From positions 23,378,497-23,432,983 of the forward strand of contig NC_068983.1 in the NCBI RefSeq assembly GCF_001194135.2: DNA of 54,487 bases. The letters run 5' to 3'. Position numbers and translations under genes: made by a program. Below the pieces are notes generated by a model that had not been told where the DNA came from, did no database searches, and saw only the letters and a list, made by a program, of their open reading frames with translations. Each line of letters opens with the position of its first letter. The stretch's first letter is position 1. Of the stretch, positions 11,571 to 23,790 are shown piece after piece. This DNA comes from Octopus bimaculoides (taxonomy: Eukaryota).

Positions 11571-12589
11571 AGACAAATAGAGAGTACATCATCGTTTAAT
11601 GTCTGTTTTCTATGCTGGCATGGGTTGGATGGTTTGACTGAAAACTGGTAAGCTGCACCAGGTTCCAGTCTGATTTGGAATGGTTTCTACAGCTGGATGC
11701 CCTTCCTAATGCTAACAACTCCAAGAGTTTAGTCCCAGTAGTGCTTTTTACACACCACCGGCATGGGTGCCAGTTATGAAACACCGGCATCGGCCACAAT
11801 GCTGAAGCTGCTAGTTTTGTCCAGTCAGTACTTATTAAAGAACCTGCTATATTCTTGTCTGATTTGGTTTAAAGAAAAGTGACTATTAAACAATGGGCAT
11901 TTCTGTTTAAGTAATAATTCATTTTTTTTTTATATAATTACTCATCAAATTGTTTTCAGTATGTCAATCTTTAAAATATTATTTTAATCAAACCTCAAAA
12001 TTATTGGAAATATTAGTATCTCATGGCAGGGTGGCATATTGTCTTTTGCATTGGTGTTGGTGCATTCAAGATTTGGGTCTGTAAGAAGAATGAATGTGCA
12101 GCATTCTTTTCTTACTCTGTGACATTTTGTTATCCGATTGAGCTTATCCATTGGAGCTGCCTGATTAATACCTCAACTGCAACATATGGCAACTCTGCCT
12201 TTTCTAAAGTCTCCTGTTGATGTTGATGTTTATTACAAAGTAGAGAATATGTTGATGGTAATGTTAAAGCAGCAGAAATTATATTTTGGGGCATCTCTGC
12301 TTTAAAACCCACCCCTAAAATAGCATTGTCACCATACTACATTAATACATTGATTATCTACATAAAAGAATGGTTTCTGAACCTGAAATATGGTGATTCT
12401 TGGTGTTTTGGAAATATTTTCAAATATATCTGTCCAACTTGAATATTGTAATTATTTTTTTGTATAATTAAAAAGCTTTAAAAAGAAAAAAAAAACTGAT
12501 TTTAAAATATTTTTTTATACATTTTTGTTTATAAAAAAAACCTTAGTTATTAAAATTTATCTGAAAAGTGGTTTTCTTCTTATTTCCAG

Positions 12590-12733
12590 CTAAAACCCAA
12601 GTTAGATTTGCCCACACAGATATCCAAGTACCAGATTTTAGTGAATACCGAAGGGACTCTGTAAAAGATTGCAAGAAATCTTCAAAAGAATCTGATATCA
12701 GCCGGAAAGGTTTTACTTATCTTATTGCCGCTG
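12590..12733 (+). CDS. UQCRFS1: UQCRFS1 exon 2
   Basis: tttccag acceptor, G/gtaagc donor, 144 nt. Encodes (A)[47 protein letters not shown], matching the Rieske mature N-terminus [12 protein letters not shown]. Confidence 0.96.
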
Positions 12734-13040
12734 GTAAGCTTATGTAATGTAATTAATTTTGTGCTTTAAGAATGATTATAAAAGCAACTTTCAATTAGAG
12801 GCAAGTTGAAACTGCCCCATTCATTTACTTGTTGGAGGTGGCTCAGTGGGTTTGGATTATAGTTAGTAACTTGGAGCTGTGAAGACCAAAAGTCTGTTGG
12901 AATATAGCTTTTTGTTAGGTACAAGTTTTTGAAAGAGTTGTTTTTTTCCAGTCAATGTTATATTTAAAATTTCATATCTATGATTCATTCATTCATTTAA
13001 TGCCTGTTCTTCATGCTGGCATGGGTTGTACTATTTAGTA

Positions 13041-13438
13041 TACTCTCTTTTACTTGTTTCAGTCTTTTGACTGTGGCCATGCTGGAGCACCGCCTTTAGT
13101 CGAGCAAATCGACCCCAGGACTTATTCTTTGGAAGCCTAGTACTTATTCTATCGGTCTCTTTTGCTGAACCGCTAAGTTACGGGGGCATAAACACACCAG
13201 CATCGGTTGTCAAGCGATGTTAGGGGGACAAACACATACATATATATATATACATATATATATATACATATATACGACAGGCTTCTTTCAGTTTCGGTCT
13301 ACCAAATCCACTCACAAGGCTTTGGTCGGCCCGAGGCTATAGTAGAAGACACTTGCCCAAGATGCTACGCAGTGGGACTGAACCCAGGACCATGTGGTTG
13401 GTAAGCAAGCTACTTACCACACAGCCACTCCTACGCCT
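13041..13438 (-). mobile_element. tRNA-derived SINE family B, full length
   Basis: A-box TGGCTGTGTGG, B-box GGTTCAGTCCC, CORE-like CTTGGGCAAGT, internal (TA)n, tail GAAACAAGTAAAAGAG. Partial copies at about 2107-2269, 15258-15372, 24125-24500, 24722-24890, 42251-42544, 43810-43940, 45245-45480, 47310-47465, 48290-48500. Confidence 0.88.
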
Positions 13439-14323
13439 ATATGAGTGTATGATTATTTTGTATATTTATCCCATGTTCAAAAATACTACTCTGGCTCTTA
13501 GTATTGGAGTAATAGTTCTTAATTCTGCTATTTCTTTTCAATGTATTTCCAAGTGATATTCTTCCTGGAAAGATCTGGGCTCTGCAAGGTTTAAAATGCT
13601 TAAGATGGAATCTTTATGATCCCATCAGGAGTTGAATGCCCAAGGAAAAAACAATTGATAGACTACAATCTTGCCCCTATGTAAGGTCTCTAACCTTCTA
13701 TGGCTGACCACACTGAGAGAAAATTAAGTGATGTGCAAAGAAGACAGAGAGGAGATAATAGGGATTGTAAGCTACAGTGAAGTAGCCCATTTAGGAGAGC
13801 AGTTATTGTGAACAAAACTGGTTATGAGCATTCTTTGTTTTTGGTAGACAACCCCTTTTGGGTTGGTGTCACAAATGTTCTCAGTTTTCTATATCAGATG
13901 GTTAAGGGCCAAAACAAATAGCGAGTTGCTACAGTTAGCTAATGGTAGCATGGAAAAAGAAAACCTGTCTGTATATCAAGTTTTTAATATTATAGAAAGC
14001 ATCAAAGCTGTGAGGTGGCAGAATCATTAGTACACCAGGCAAAATGCTTAGTGGTATTTTGTCCTGCTTTACGTTCTGAGTTCAAATTCTACCAAGGTCA
14101 ACATTGCCTTTCATTCCTCTTGGGGTTGATAAAACAAGTACCAGTTGATCACTGGGGTTGATGTAATTGTCTTACCTCTCCCACAAAATTGCTATCTTGT
14201 GCCAAAATTTGAAATCAATATTATAGAAAGCATTCTAAGTCTTTGTTTTATTGATTTTCTATTCTTTTTGTTACAGTTTCTATTATTATACATACATTTA
14301 CTTTTTTTTTTTACCTACTCTAG

Positions 14324-14626
14324 CTGGCTCAGTCCCTGCAGTTTATGCTGCAAAAACAGTTGTGCATGAATTTGTTGCTTCAATGAGTGCATCAGCAGAT
14401 GTTCTGGCTCTTGCTAAAATTGAAGTAAAGCTTTCTGATATCCCAGAAGGTAAAAACGTCACCTTTAAGTGGAGAGGTAAGCCTTTATTTGTGAGACATC
14501 GCACTGAAGAAGAAATTGCTACAGAAGCGGCTGTTGATGTGAAAACCTTGCGAGACCCTCAACATGATTTAGATCGTGCTGAAAAACCAAACTGGTTAGT
14601 TGTGATAGGTGTTTGCACACATTTAG
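14324..14626 (+). CDS. UQCRFS1: UQCRFS1 exon 3
   Basis: 303 nt, ctag acceptor, G/gtaatg donor. Encodes [10 protein letters not shown]...[40 protein letters not shown]...GVCTHL(G). Confidence 0.98.
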
Positions 14627-15395
14627 GTAATGTATCTCTTTTAGCTAATATTTTTATTTTTATGAATATTATGTTTTATCACTCTCTTAAAAAGTTAAAG
14701 CATGATTTTATAGTTTTATTTTTACAAATTTGAGATTTAGCTATAAATAGATTGATGCTCACTGAATTATCAAATACAGATTTTATTTTTGAGCTAATAA
14801 ATGAAATTTGTCTTCATTGTAAATCAATTAATAATGCTTATCCTAATTTTTTTATCTATATAATTTGCAAACAGTTGCGTGATTGGCTACAAGTTTCCAA
14901 TGGGGCAATCATTCATTTGAAGAGTACTGGTTTACTGCTAATATTTACATCTTGTCCAACAGTAAAATATATAAATGTACATAATAGATATGACATCTTC
15001 TGCATAGTTTTCATCTACCATATCCTGCTCAGAAGGCAGAGCTTCAGTAGACAGTATTTGCACTAATGTAGATTGCAATAAAATGAAACACAAAACCAAA
15101 AAGTTGCACAGTGAACTTAACTTTACAATCAGTCACAAATTGAGATTTTAATGAAGCATTTTTGGTTTATAATATGAATTATATAGTGTAGAAGTTGAAT
15201 TGTTTTATAAATCTGTTATCAGGAGAGGGAGTAGAAATATTCAATTAATTAAAAAGGTGTGGCTGTGTGGTAAATTTGCTTCCCAATCACATGGTTTCAG
15301 GTTCAGACTCATTGTGTGTTACCATGGGCAAGTGTCACCTCATATAGTCCCTGGCTAACCAAAGCCTGTCATGTCTATATAATATATATTATATG

Positions 15396-16187
15396 GGTGA
15401 CACATGAGGTTTCTCGAGCGAGATGAGCGTGGCCTTTGCCAGTACCGCCTGACTGGCCTTCGTGCGGGTGACACGTAAAAGCACCCACTACACTCTCTGA
15501 GTGGTTGGCGTTAGGAAGGGCATCCAGCTGTGGAAACGCTGCCAAATCAGATTGGAGCCTGGTGTAGCCATCTGGTTTCACCAGTCCTCAGTCAAATCGT
15601 CCAACCCATGCTAGCATGGAAAGCGGACGTTAAACGATGATGATGATGATGATGTAAGACNNNNNNNNNNNNNNNNNNNNNNNNNNNNNNNNNNNNNNNN
15701 NNNNNNNNNNNNNNNNNNNNNNNNNNNNNNNNNNNNNNNNNNNNNNNNNNNNNNNNNNNNNNNNNNNNNNNNNNNNNNNNNNNNNNNNNNNNNNNNNNNN
15801 NNNNNNNNNNNNNNNNNNNNNNNNNNNNNNNNNNNNNNNNNNNNNNNNNNNNNNNNNNNNNNNNNNNNNNNNNNNNNNNNNNNNNNNNNNNNNNNNNNNN
15901 NNNNNNNNNNNNNNNNNNTATGGGTGACACATGAGGTTTCTCGAGCGAGATGAGCGTGGCCTTTGCCAGTACCGCCTGACTGGCCTTCGTGCGGGTGACA
16001 CGTAAAAGCACCCACTACACTCTCTGAGTGGTTGGCGTTAGGAAGGGCATCCAGCTGTGGAAACGCTGCCAAATCAGATTGGAGCCTGGTGTAGCCATCT
16101 GGTTTCACCAGTCCTCAGTCAAATCGTCCAACCCATGCTAGCATGGAAAGCGGACGTTAAACGATGATGATGATGATGATGTAAGAC
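15396..16187 (+). mobile_element. Family A RTE 3' end, duplicated on both sides of an N-gap
   Basis: 15396-15660 and 15919-16187 read identically, including the (GAT)n tail and the flank GTAAGAC. Confidence 0.8.
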
Positions 16188-16791
16188 CTGTCAAGATAAA
16201 TAAAATTGCTGTCTTCCTCATGTACAGGCTTGTCCTTTCAGGTGCTGGCACCACTTAAAAAGCACCTGTACTGGTGCTACCTTGATTCATCCATACTGGT
16301 GCTACGTAAATGCACCCATGCTGGTGGTGCATAAAAAGGCACCCAGCACACTCTGTTTAGGAAGGGCATCTAGCTGTCGAAACCATGCCACAACAGACAC
16401 TTGGAGTCTGAACAGCTCTCTCTAGCCAGTTCCAACCCATGCCAGCATGGAAAGTGGATGTTAGATGGTGATGATGTGTGCATACACTTGTATGTTAGTC
16501 TCTCTTAGCTTTGATATTGTGTGATAGTTGTCAATGAATATTACCATTATTCAAGTGGTGCCCTTCATTGCTAATCTGTGAAAACATATTTGGCTGTGGA
16601 GAAATATTACTTTCTTTGGAAACGTGAGGGTTGGTGACAGGAAGGGCATCCAGCTATGGAAAATCTGCCTCAACATACTCAATGATGATGATGAAGCTCA
16701 TTAAAAAAAATATACTTTCTGGATTAGAATATTGCTAGTTGGTTAATTACAAAAATAATTCAAAACTAATGGATTTCATTTTTCTTTGCAG

Positions 16792-16955
16792 GTTGTGTAC
16801 CCCTTGCCAATGTAGGAGACTTTGGTGGGTATTATTGTCCCTGCCATGGCTCTCATTATGATGCTTCTGGAAGGATTCGTAAAGGTCCTGCACCATTGAA
16901 TCTTGAAGTTCCACCATATATATACAAAGACGAATCTACCTTAGTTGTTGGTTAA
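16792..16955 (+). CDS. UQCRFS1: UQCRFS1 exon 4 (terminal)
   Basis: tttgcag acceptor. Encodes (G)[53 protein letters not shown]. Both Rieske boxes (CTHLGC, CPCHGS) complete; total CDS 810 nt. Confidence 0.98.
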
Positions 16956-17052
16956 CGTACATTCAGTTTAGTTAATTTAAAAGAAATGAATGTGCAGTTT
17001 ATAATTTGATATTCATCAAAGCCCTGCCACTTTAGACTGTTACACATACAAA

Positions 17053-17075
17053 AATAAATAAATAAATAAATAAAA
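17053..17075 (+). terminator. UQCRFS1 polyadenylation signals
   Basis: Overlapping AATAAA hexamers inside an (AAAT)n run about 100 nt after the stop, followed by a T/GT-rich tract. Confidence 0.6.
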
Positions 17076-17243
17076 CTAATTTTGTTCTTTTTTAATGAAT
17101 TTTCAATTTTTAAATTTACTCTTGTAAATTATTTTAAGTGTAGAGTTAAAAATAGCTTGTAGACAATTTGAAATTATTTTCTTTTTCTTTTTAGCTAAAA
17201 GTTCAGTGTAAAAAATATATCAACAGTTCAGTACAGTATTACT

Positions 17244-17459
17244 TTAACCTTTTTAGCATTTAAACCAGCCATATCTCGCTTGTTTTATGTCCAAACTGGC
17301 CAGATTTGGCCCCCTCACGCATGCCCTATTATGTCACTCTAAAATTAAAATATCACACGATCAAAATCTTGAAGCTGTAAGACAATGCATGATAATTCAA
17401 AACAGTGTGAATAAATAAACATTACACTTGACAGAGTAACCTGAGTGCTCAAAGGTTAA
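17244..17459 (+). mobile_element. TTAA-flanked MITE (piggyBac-like, family F)
   Basis: TTAACCTTTTTAGCATT ... AGTGCTCAAAGGTTAA terminal inverted repeats; same body at 31724 and about 45810. Confidence 0.75.
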
Positions 17460-19036
17460 AAAGTGTTGTGGGGCTATTGGGTACACGATTACCAGATTTT
17501 TGTATTATCATTGTGTTACACCTCTGAACAAGGCATCTAGCTTGGGCTCGTGTGGAGTAACATGCTGACACTTGTCAGTTATGACAAGGGTTCTAGATGA
17601 TCTGATCAGCGGAGCATCCTCCTTGTTAAATTGATGTGCAAATGACTGAGCACTCCACAGACATGTACTCTTAATGTAGTTCTCAGGGATATAGAGTGTG
17701 ATACATTATGTGATAAGACTGGTCCTTTGAAATACAGGTACCAATTGTTTTTGCTAGCTGAGTGAACCGGAGCAATAGGAAATAAGTGTCTTACTCAAGG
17801 ACACAATGCACTGCCGGGAATTGAACTCACGATTGTAAGTCGAATACTCTTAATTATAATCTCTAAATGTGAAAAATTAGATATATTTTTTGTTGTAGAC
17901 AAGAGTTAAAAGCATAGGCTGGAGAACTGCTTTGGTTTGTCTGCAATTTTATTTCAGCAAAAAGAGCAGATAAGTTATTCCTATGGAAACAATTGTCTTA
18001 GATAAAGCATCTCGTTTATGCAAGGATGGGTGTAAAAATTCTTTACATAGAAACAAATCAACACTGAATTTAAATTATTAAATTTATATTTGGTTTTGTC
18101 TCTATTTTTCTCATTCTATGACTGATTTTCCATAATGGTATAGCATTTTTTAAGGTCAGAAAAGAAGCTGCACCCATTATCTCTTACAGGTTCTTTTAAT
18201 CTGACAAGGTAAGAAGTCTAAGGAGGAGGTTCAAAAAGACTACATTTAATCATCCTTGAAAGTTACCCTCCAAAGCATAAGTCCAGGGAAGGTTGTTTAT
18301 GGAAGACCAGCAGTCACCCATGCATACCAGACTCCCCTCTCTATGCCACTAATGTTATTCAAAGGAAAGGCAAAAACCAATAAAGCTTGGCACCATTTTT
18401 ACAGCTGAATGAACTGGAGCAACGTGAAATGAAGTGTCTTTTTCAAGAACACAACACACAGCTTGGTCCAGGAACTGAACTCATTACCTCATGATTGTGA
18501 GCCTGGTGTTCTAACCACTGAGTCAAGGGATTAAGAGTAAGAATGGGTGGAGGTTATACACAACTAGTGTGTCTGCAAGTTAGAGTAAAGTATATTAAGT
18601 GAATCCATGCCAATCAATTGAATGTTTAATTGTGCAGTATTGCTGTCCTAGGTGTGACAGTATAATTGCATGTTTGGTTAGATTTTATATTTTATTCATA
18701 AGTTAAACTACGTCAATGTAGTGTTAACATAAGAACTCTTTTCTACTCTAGCACAAGGCCTGAAGTTTTTGGGGAGTGGGGCCAGTTGATTAAATCAACT
18801 CCTGTACACAACTGGTACTTAATTTATTAACCCCTAAAGGAGGAAAGGCAAAGTCGACCACGGCAGAATTTGAACTCAGAACGCAAAGACAGACGAAACA
18901 CTGCTAAGCATTTTGCCTGGTGTGCTAATGTTCCTGCCTTTGTTGGCATAAGAATGGTTTTAGTTATAGAATATATATCTCAATAGGAAATAAGTTTCTT
19001 CTGAAGACATAATAAAATGAGAAGAGTTGTTTGTAT

Positions 19037-19042
19037 TTTATT
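19037..19042 (-). terminator. CTNNBL1 candidate polyadenylation signal
   Basis: AATAAA on the minus strand about 80 nt after the stop; further hexamer at 18692-18697. AT-rich background makes this weak. Confidence 0.4.
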
Positions 19043-19123
19043 TTACAGTGTTACAAATATAGATGGAGGAGTGGTAAGACTTTAATGAGGAGAAAAAAAA
19101 TGATGACTAATGAAAAAGATTAA

Positions 19124-19212
19124 TTAAAATTTGTCCACTAGTTGCAATATTCGGCTTTGTTCTGCTTCTTTACTCTCAGCATCTTTGGCAGTTCCTATAT
19201 TTCCAGCATATT
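19124..19212 (-). CDS. CTNNBL1: CTNNBL1 exon 16 (terminal)
   Basis: (E)YAGNIGTAKDAESKEAEQSRILQLVDKF*; total CDS 1680 nt, all junction phases consistent. Confidence 0.96.
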
Positions 19213-20200
19213 CTGAAATGAAAATATATTTATAGGTTTTTAAACACACACGTATCTAAATACAAGGCTAGTTGTGAAGAGTACATTTGATTAAAATGAC
19301 AGATTTGGATTCAAAATGGGTATTCAAATTTGTTTTGATAAAGCATCTGCCTAGCTTGGCAAAGGTTTGTTGCAAACAACTGTCACTTTGATGCAATGCA
19401 GTAAATTTGCATTGAGAGTCTACATGGTTGGTCAACTTCTTAGAAATAGCAGCCAAGAACACTGGATAATGTGATCTGAAGTACATATTTAAAGAGAAAA
19501 GGATAGGGTATGTCTTGCAAACAACTTGCTCATGCAAGTGCTACCAGTCGAGAACTCTGCATACTGGAAGCCAACAAGTGTATGGGGTCATCAGGAGAGA
19601 ATGCGCGCCGTTTCGGGGCATACCTCTCGACAGCATCAATGCGCACCGGCCAGTCCCTCAATGAAATGAGGCCCCGCTTGCTAGATCAACTGGTCATTTA
19701 ATAACCAGTTGATAGGGTAACCAAGGATGGAGTTGTTTTGTTCACAGGTTTGCTAGATCAAAGGCTGGTTTGATATAAATATAAATTTCTTGCATTATAA
19801 AAAAAAAAAAAATGTGTAATATGTGGTATTTTAAAATTTAATTTCATTTATTATTAAGAACCATACCAAAACAGACCATGCTGGTACCATGTCAAAAGCA
19901 CCTAGTCCACTCTGTAAAGTGGTTGACATTAGGAAGGGCATCCAGCTGTAAAGCCCATGCCAAAACAGACAGTGGCGGTTGGTGTTATCCTCTGGCTTGT
20001 CATCAGCTCCTGTCAAGCCATCCAACCCATGCCAGCATGGAAAATGAAAGTTAAATGGTTTGGACTGTGTAGTGATAATAGGCACTACAAAATATTTATT
20101 AAATTCCGACAATATAATACACTGGACTCCAAAAACATACAATAATTAAGATAAAGGAAATCTGAAAGGAAGAGAAAATGAAAAAGTAGTTGAAATTTAC

Positions 20201-20273
20201 CTCTCATAATGTTGCGAATAGTTTTTAAAGAGCCTCCTCTCATGTTTAGAATCTGCATTACTCTTTGTTTTAC
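20201..20273 (-). CDS. CTNNBL1: CTNNBL1 exon 15
   Basis: 73 nt; VKQRVMQILNMRGGSLKTIRNIMR; AG..GT. Confidence 0.96.
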
Positions 20274-21323
20274 CTGTTTAGAGTAATTTGTAGGAAATTA
20301 AAAAATCACTCATATGTATAATTAAAGGAAAAGGTGGCACATTTTACGATTAGTAAATGAAAAACTATAAGATTACTTGCAGAAGATGTATTATTTGATA
20401 CACTGGCAATTGTACAGATAAATGCCAGATTTAAGAATGTGTTTAGGAATTGCATTCATTATATACATTCTAGGTTTCTATAGCACTAAACAGTGTTTGG
20501 TACAATAAGAAAGGAAATTTGTATATCAAGCACGAATCACTGTAAATATGCAAATTTGTCTGCACTGTAGGAGATATTTGATTTTCAGAGTTGGAATTGA
20601 TAAGATCTGACACAAGGAGAATTAAGTTATGTCCTGTAAATCAATAGATCCAACATTGATTATGAGCCCAAGTTTCCATAGTGTCTGTTGATGTAATGTG
20701 AACTTGTTTCATATTGGGTTTGGGTGCTGTTCTAGACACAAATTCATTCCAGAGGGCCACTTAACTATTGTTTGGTATCCACTGAATATATTATTGTCAT
20801 TAAGTTAGTGATTCAAAGAGTAGATCGTTATAGTAATTTTCAATGGACACAGTACTGCAGAGGTGATATAAATAAACATTTCTGCCAATTCTAGCTCAAA
20901 GGCCAACATATTGAGCTTATTGGCAATAGGATTAAATCTTGATTTTAAAGTAACCAGCAAATATATTAGTAGCTTCACTGCTTTCTATCACTAATTTTAC
21001 CTAAAGATTATAATAATATATAGAAATGTCTCTTATTTCCTTGAATCCAGCATCTTCCTGATGGCATTGGATTGCATCTGCAGGCATCCTGCAGCAAGGT
21101 GCAAAACAAGGACAACCTGCTACCCATTGTGTATAGTGGCTTACTAATACAGATAGGAACTCAACTTAACCCTTCCTGGGTGAAGGCTGTTACAAGACAA
21201 GATGATGGTGTTGCATGAAATTAATCTATATTTTTACTTTGCTAATTTTGAGAAAGTTATCAATATTATTCTTCATTGCATATTAACAATTATGTTTAAG
21301 ATAAAGAAAGAGTGAGAACTTAC

Positions 21324-21461
21324 AGAAGATGCACCACTTGCACAAATTTCCAACATAATGCAGTCTATCAACTGAAGTGTGAACAAGCCTGCTTCAAGTC
21401 GACGTAGATAGAATTGGTCTTCATGATCTTCATCTAATTCTTCATTCATTTCCATTATTCT
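21324..21461 (-). CDS. CTNNBL1: CTNNBL1 exon 14
   Basis: 138 nt; RIMEMNEELDEDHEDQFYLRRLEAGLFTLQLIDCIMLEICASGASS; AG..GT. Confidence 0.96.
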
Positions 21462-21744
21462 CTGCAAAGATAAACATTACATGGATATTCCATATGACAA
21501 TGCTTTATGTCTTAAGCTTTTTTTTACATTTTTAAAACACCATTATTAGCATTACATTCTTTTAATTTTTTTACATTAAAATTTTTTTACTTTCTATGAT
21601 GAGACAAAGAATACGAGTGTAACAGGATGGTAATTTACAATGAATGTGTATATTTAGTTAACTAAGCCTGAACAATCCAGGTTTCTGAAAAGAGATCTGT
21701 GAAATTTGAAGTCACATGGAGCCAAACCAAACTGTTTTAAATAA

Positions 21745-21759
21745 TATTAATATATATAA

Positions 21760-21792
<33 letters not shown>

Positions 21793-21819
21793 CATACATG
21801 CATACATGCATGCATACAT

Positions 21820-21886
<67 letters not shown>

Positions 21887-21903
21887 AATAAATAAATAAA
21901 TAA
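21745..21903. repeat. Compound (TA)n-(CATA)n-(CA)n-(AAAT)n microsatellite
   Basis: Direct reading. Confidence 0.95.
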
Positions 21904-22334
21904 CAACAGATGGATAATGTGTCAAATCACTACAGCTGCTTCCAATGAATTTTTAATTGATTAATGGAGACATTACATCATCAGAAAAAAAAAAACGTTT
22001 TCACCAGGTGAATACTTGAACTATAACATTCAAAATCCAATGGGATGTGCATCTTTCTGATTCTGTGACCCTTGCCCATACTTTGGTACCTGCATATATA
22101 TTCATCTATTTTTGTTGTGTATACATTTTACTTTTTGACCCAACCTGGTGCCTTATCACTGAAGTGCCTGATCTATCACATGTATATATATATATATATA
22201 TATAAGCACACACACACACATATAAGACCCGTCCTCCACAGCAGAAGTGTTAAGGCCACATCACCTGGTGAAGAGGATTAGCCTGCAAGAGTCCTGTGCT
22301 GGTGTCACGTTAAAATCACCCAGCACACACTGTA

Positions 22335-22650
22335 AGGTGTAGCAATGGCAAATTTCAGGGAGCATAGAGGTTTTAAAGGATGCAATGTCTCAGCAACTAA
22401 CAACTGATGCAGGTAGTTTGTTCCTTGCTTCAGCAACTCTGAGTGTGAAAAAATGTTTCTGAAAGTCATGGGAGCTGTGCTGTTTTCTGACTTTGTAGGC
22501 ATGCCTACATGTGTTAGACACATGGAGCTCAAAAAAGGTGTTCAAGGTGGTTGTTGGCATGATGGTTAATAATTTTGTGGGTGTTTACCAAGTCAGTCGC
22601 CAGATGTCGGAGCTTCAATGTATCTATGCCTAGGGAAACAAGACACCCTC
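22335..22650 (-). mobile_element. CR1-type LINE RT C-terminal fragment
   Basis: LGIDTLKLRHLATDLVNTHKIINH...NHLEHLF; a frameshifted continuation resembles the KHFF..RV...WNKLP tail. Confidence 0.65.
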
Positions 22651-22752
22651 AGCCTTCTTGATGATGATGATGATACACATACATACACATTCATAAAGAG
22701 AATACTTTTTTTTACTATAAATCACAATATAAAATTTGTATAAATGACTTAC

Positions 22753-22833
22753 ATGTTTTTCTTTCTCAATTTGATCATCAACACGATGTACTTTTTCCAA
22801 ATATTTGAAATGTAATTCCAATAATCGTTCAAC
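22753..22833 (-). CDS. CTNNBL1: CTNNBL1 exon 13
   Basis: 81 nt; VERLLELHFKYLEKVHRVDDQIEKEKH; AG..GT. Confidence 0.96.
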
Positions 22834-23425
22834 CTGAAAAAATAACATATAACATGAGGTTGTACTGACAAAGTTGATATTTCTCACTAAATGATTTTCT
22901 TTTTACATTGTGGCAAAATTCTACTAGATATAGCTACAATTAAATGAAAGTGTAGAAAGAATTAAAAATATTGGGTTGTCCAGAAAGTTTGTGCCGCTTT
23001 ATAGTAGCTTACCTTTCGACTTATTTGCCATGAAACCACCTCAATTCTGGGAAGAGGGTATTTTCAAGTTAAAGGAAAGATGGAGACGCATTGTGCAACA
23101 AAATGGTTCATATTTGGTTGATTAAAAATGTAATGGCAAGTATTTATTGACCTTTCTCTTTCCTTTAAAAATCGGTATGAACTTACTGGACAACCCAATT
23201 TAATGTAACTAGAAATCTGATACAAACAAACCAAAATATCTACTTTTTAAAGATGCAAAATAGTTAATTGCAACAACTGATAAGCATTATCTACCCTTAT
23301 AAGCAAATGGAAGTAAATTTTTCAGTGACAGGCTAATTTTTGAAAGTAGGCAATAAAAGTAGGGAACTTTTGGAATTAATAAAACATCAGTGAGAAAACA
23401 GCAAAGAAACTTGAACCAGTATGCA

Positions 23426-23790
23426 CAGGCGTGGCTGTGTGGTAAAAAGCTTGCTTCCTAACCACTTGGTTCTGGGTTCAGTCCCACTGCGTGGCACTTT
23501 GGGCAAGTGTCTTTTACTATAGCTTCAGGCCAACCAAAGCCTTGTGAGTGGATTTGGTAGACAGAAACTGAAAGAAGCCTGTCGTATGTGTGTGTGTCTG
23601 TGTTTGTCCCCACAACATCGCTTGACAACTGATGCTGGTGTGTTTACGTCCTCATCACTTAGCGGTTCAGCAAAAGAGTCCGATAGAATGAGTACTAGGC
23701 TTACAAAGAATAAGTCCTGGGGTATATTTGCTTGACTGAAGGTGGTGCTCCAGCATGGCCACAGTCAAATGACTGAAACATGTAAAAAAT
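23426..23790 (+). mobile_element. SINE family B, full length
   Basis: GGCGTGGCTGTGTGGTAA...GGTTCAGTCCCACTGCG...GACTGAAACATGTAAAA; reverse complement of the 13041 copy. Confidence 0.85.

Larger units (their letters stand above)
5422..12589 (+). other. UQCRFS1: GC-AG intron 1 of UQCRFS1
   Basis: Donor CAG/GCAAGC fits consensus at -3 to +5 except +2. Phase 1 matches exon 2 and gives an ungapped alignment to the recalled human protein. Confidence 0.8.

Noticed and set aside
14251-14733. 160-aa ORF as a complete Rieske protein
   Set aside because: It is exon 3 plus intronic flanks and lacks the CPCHGS box, which is in exon 4.
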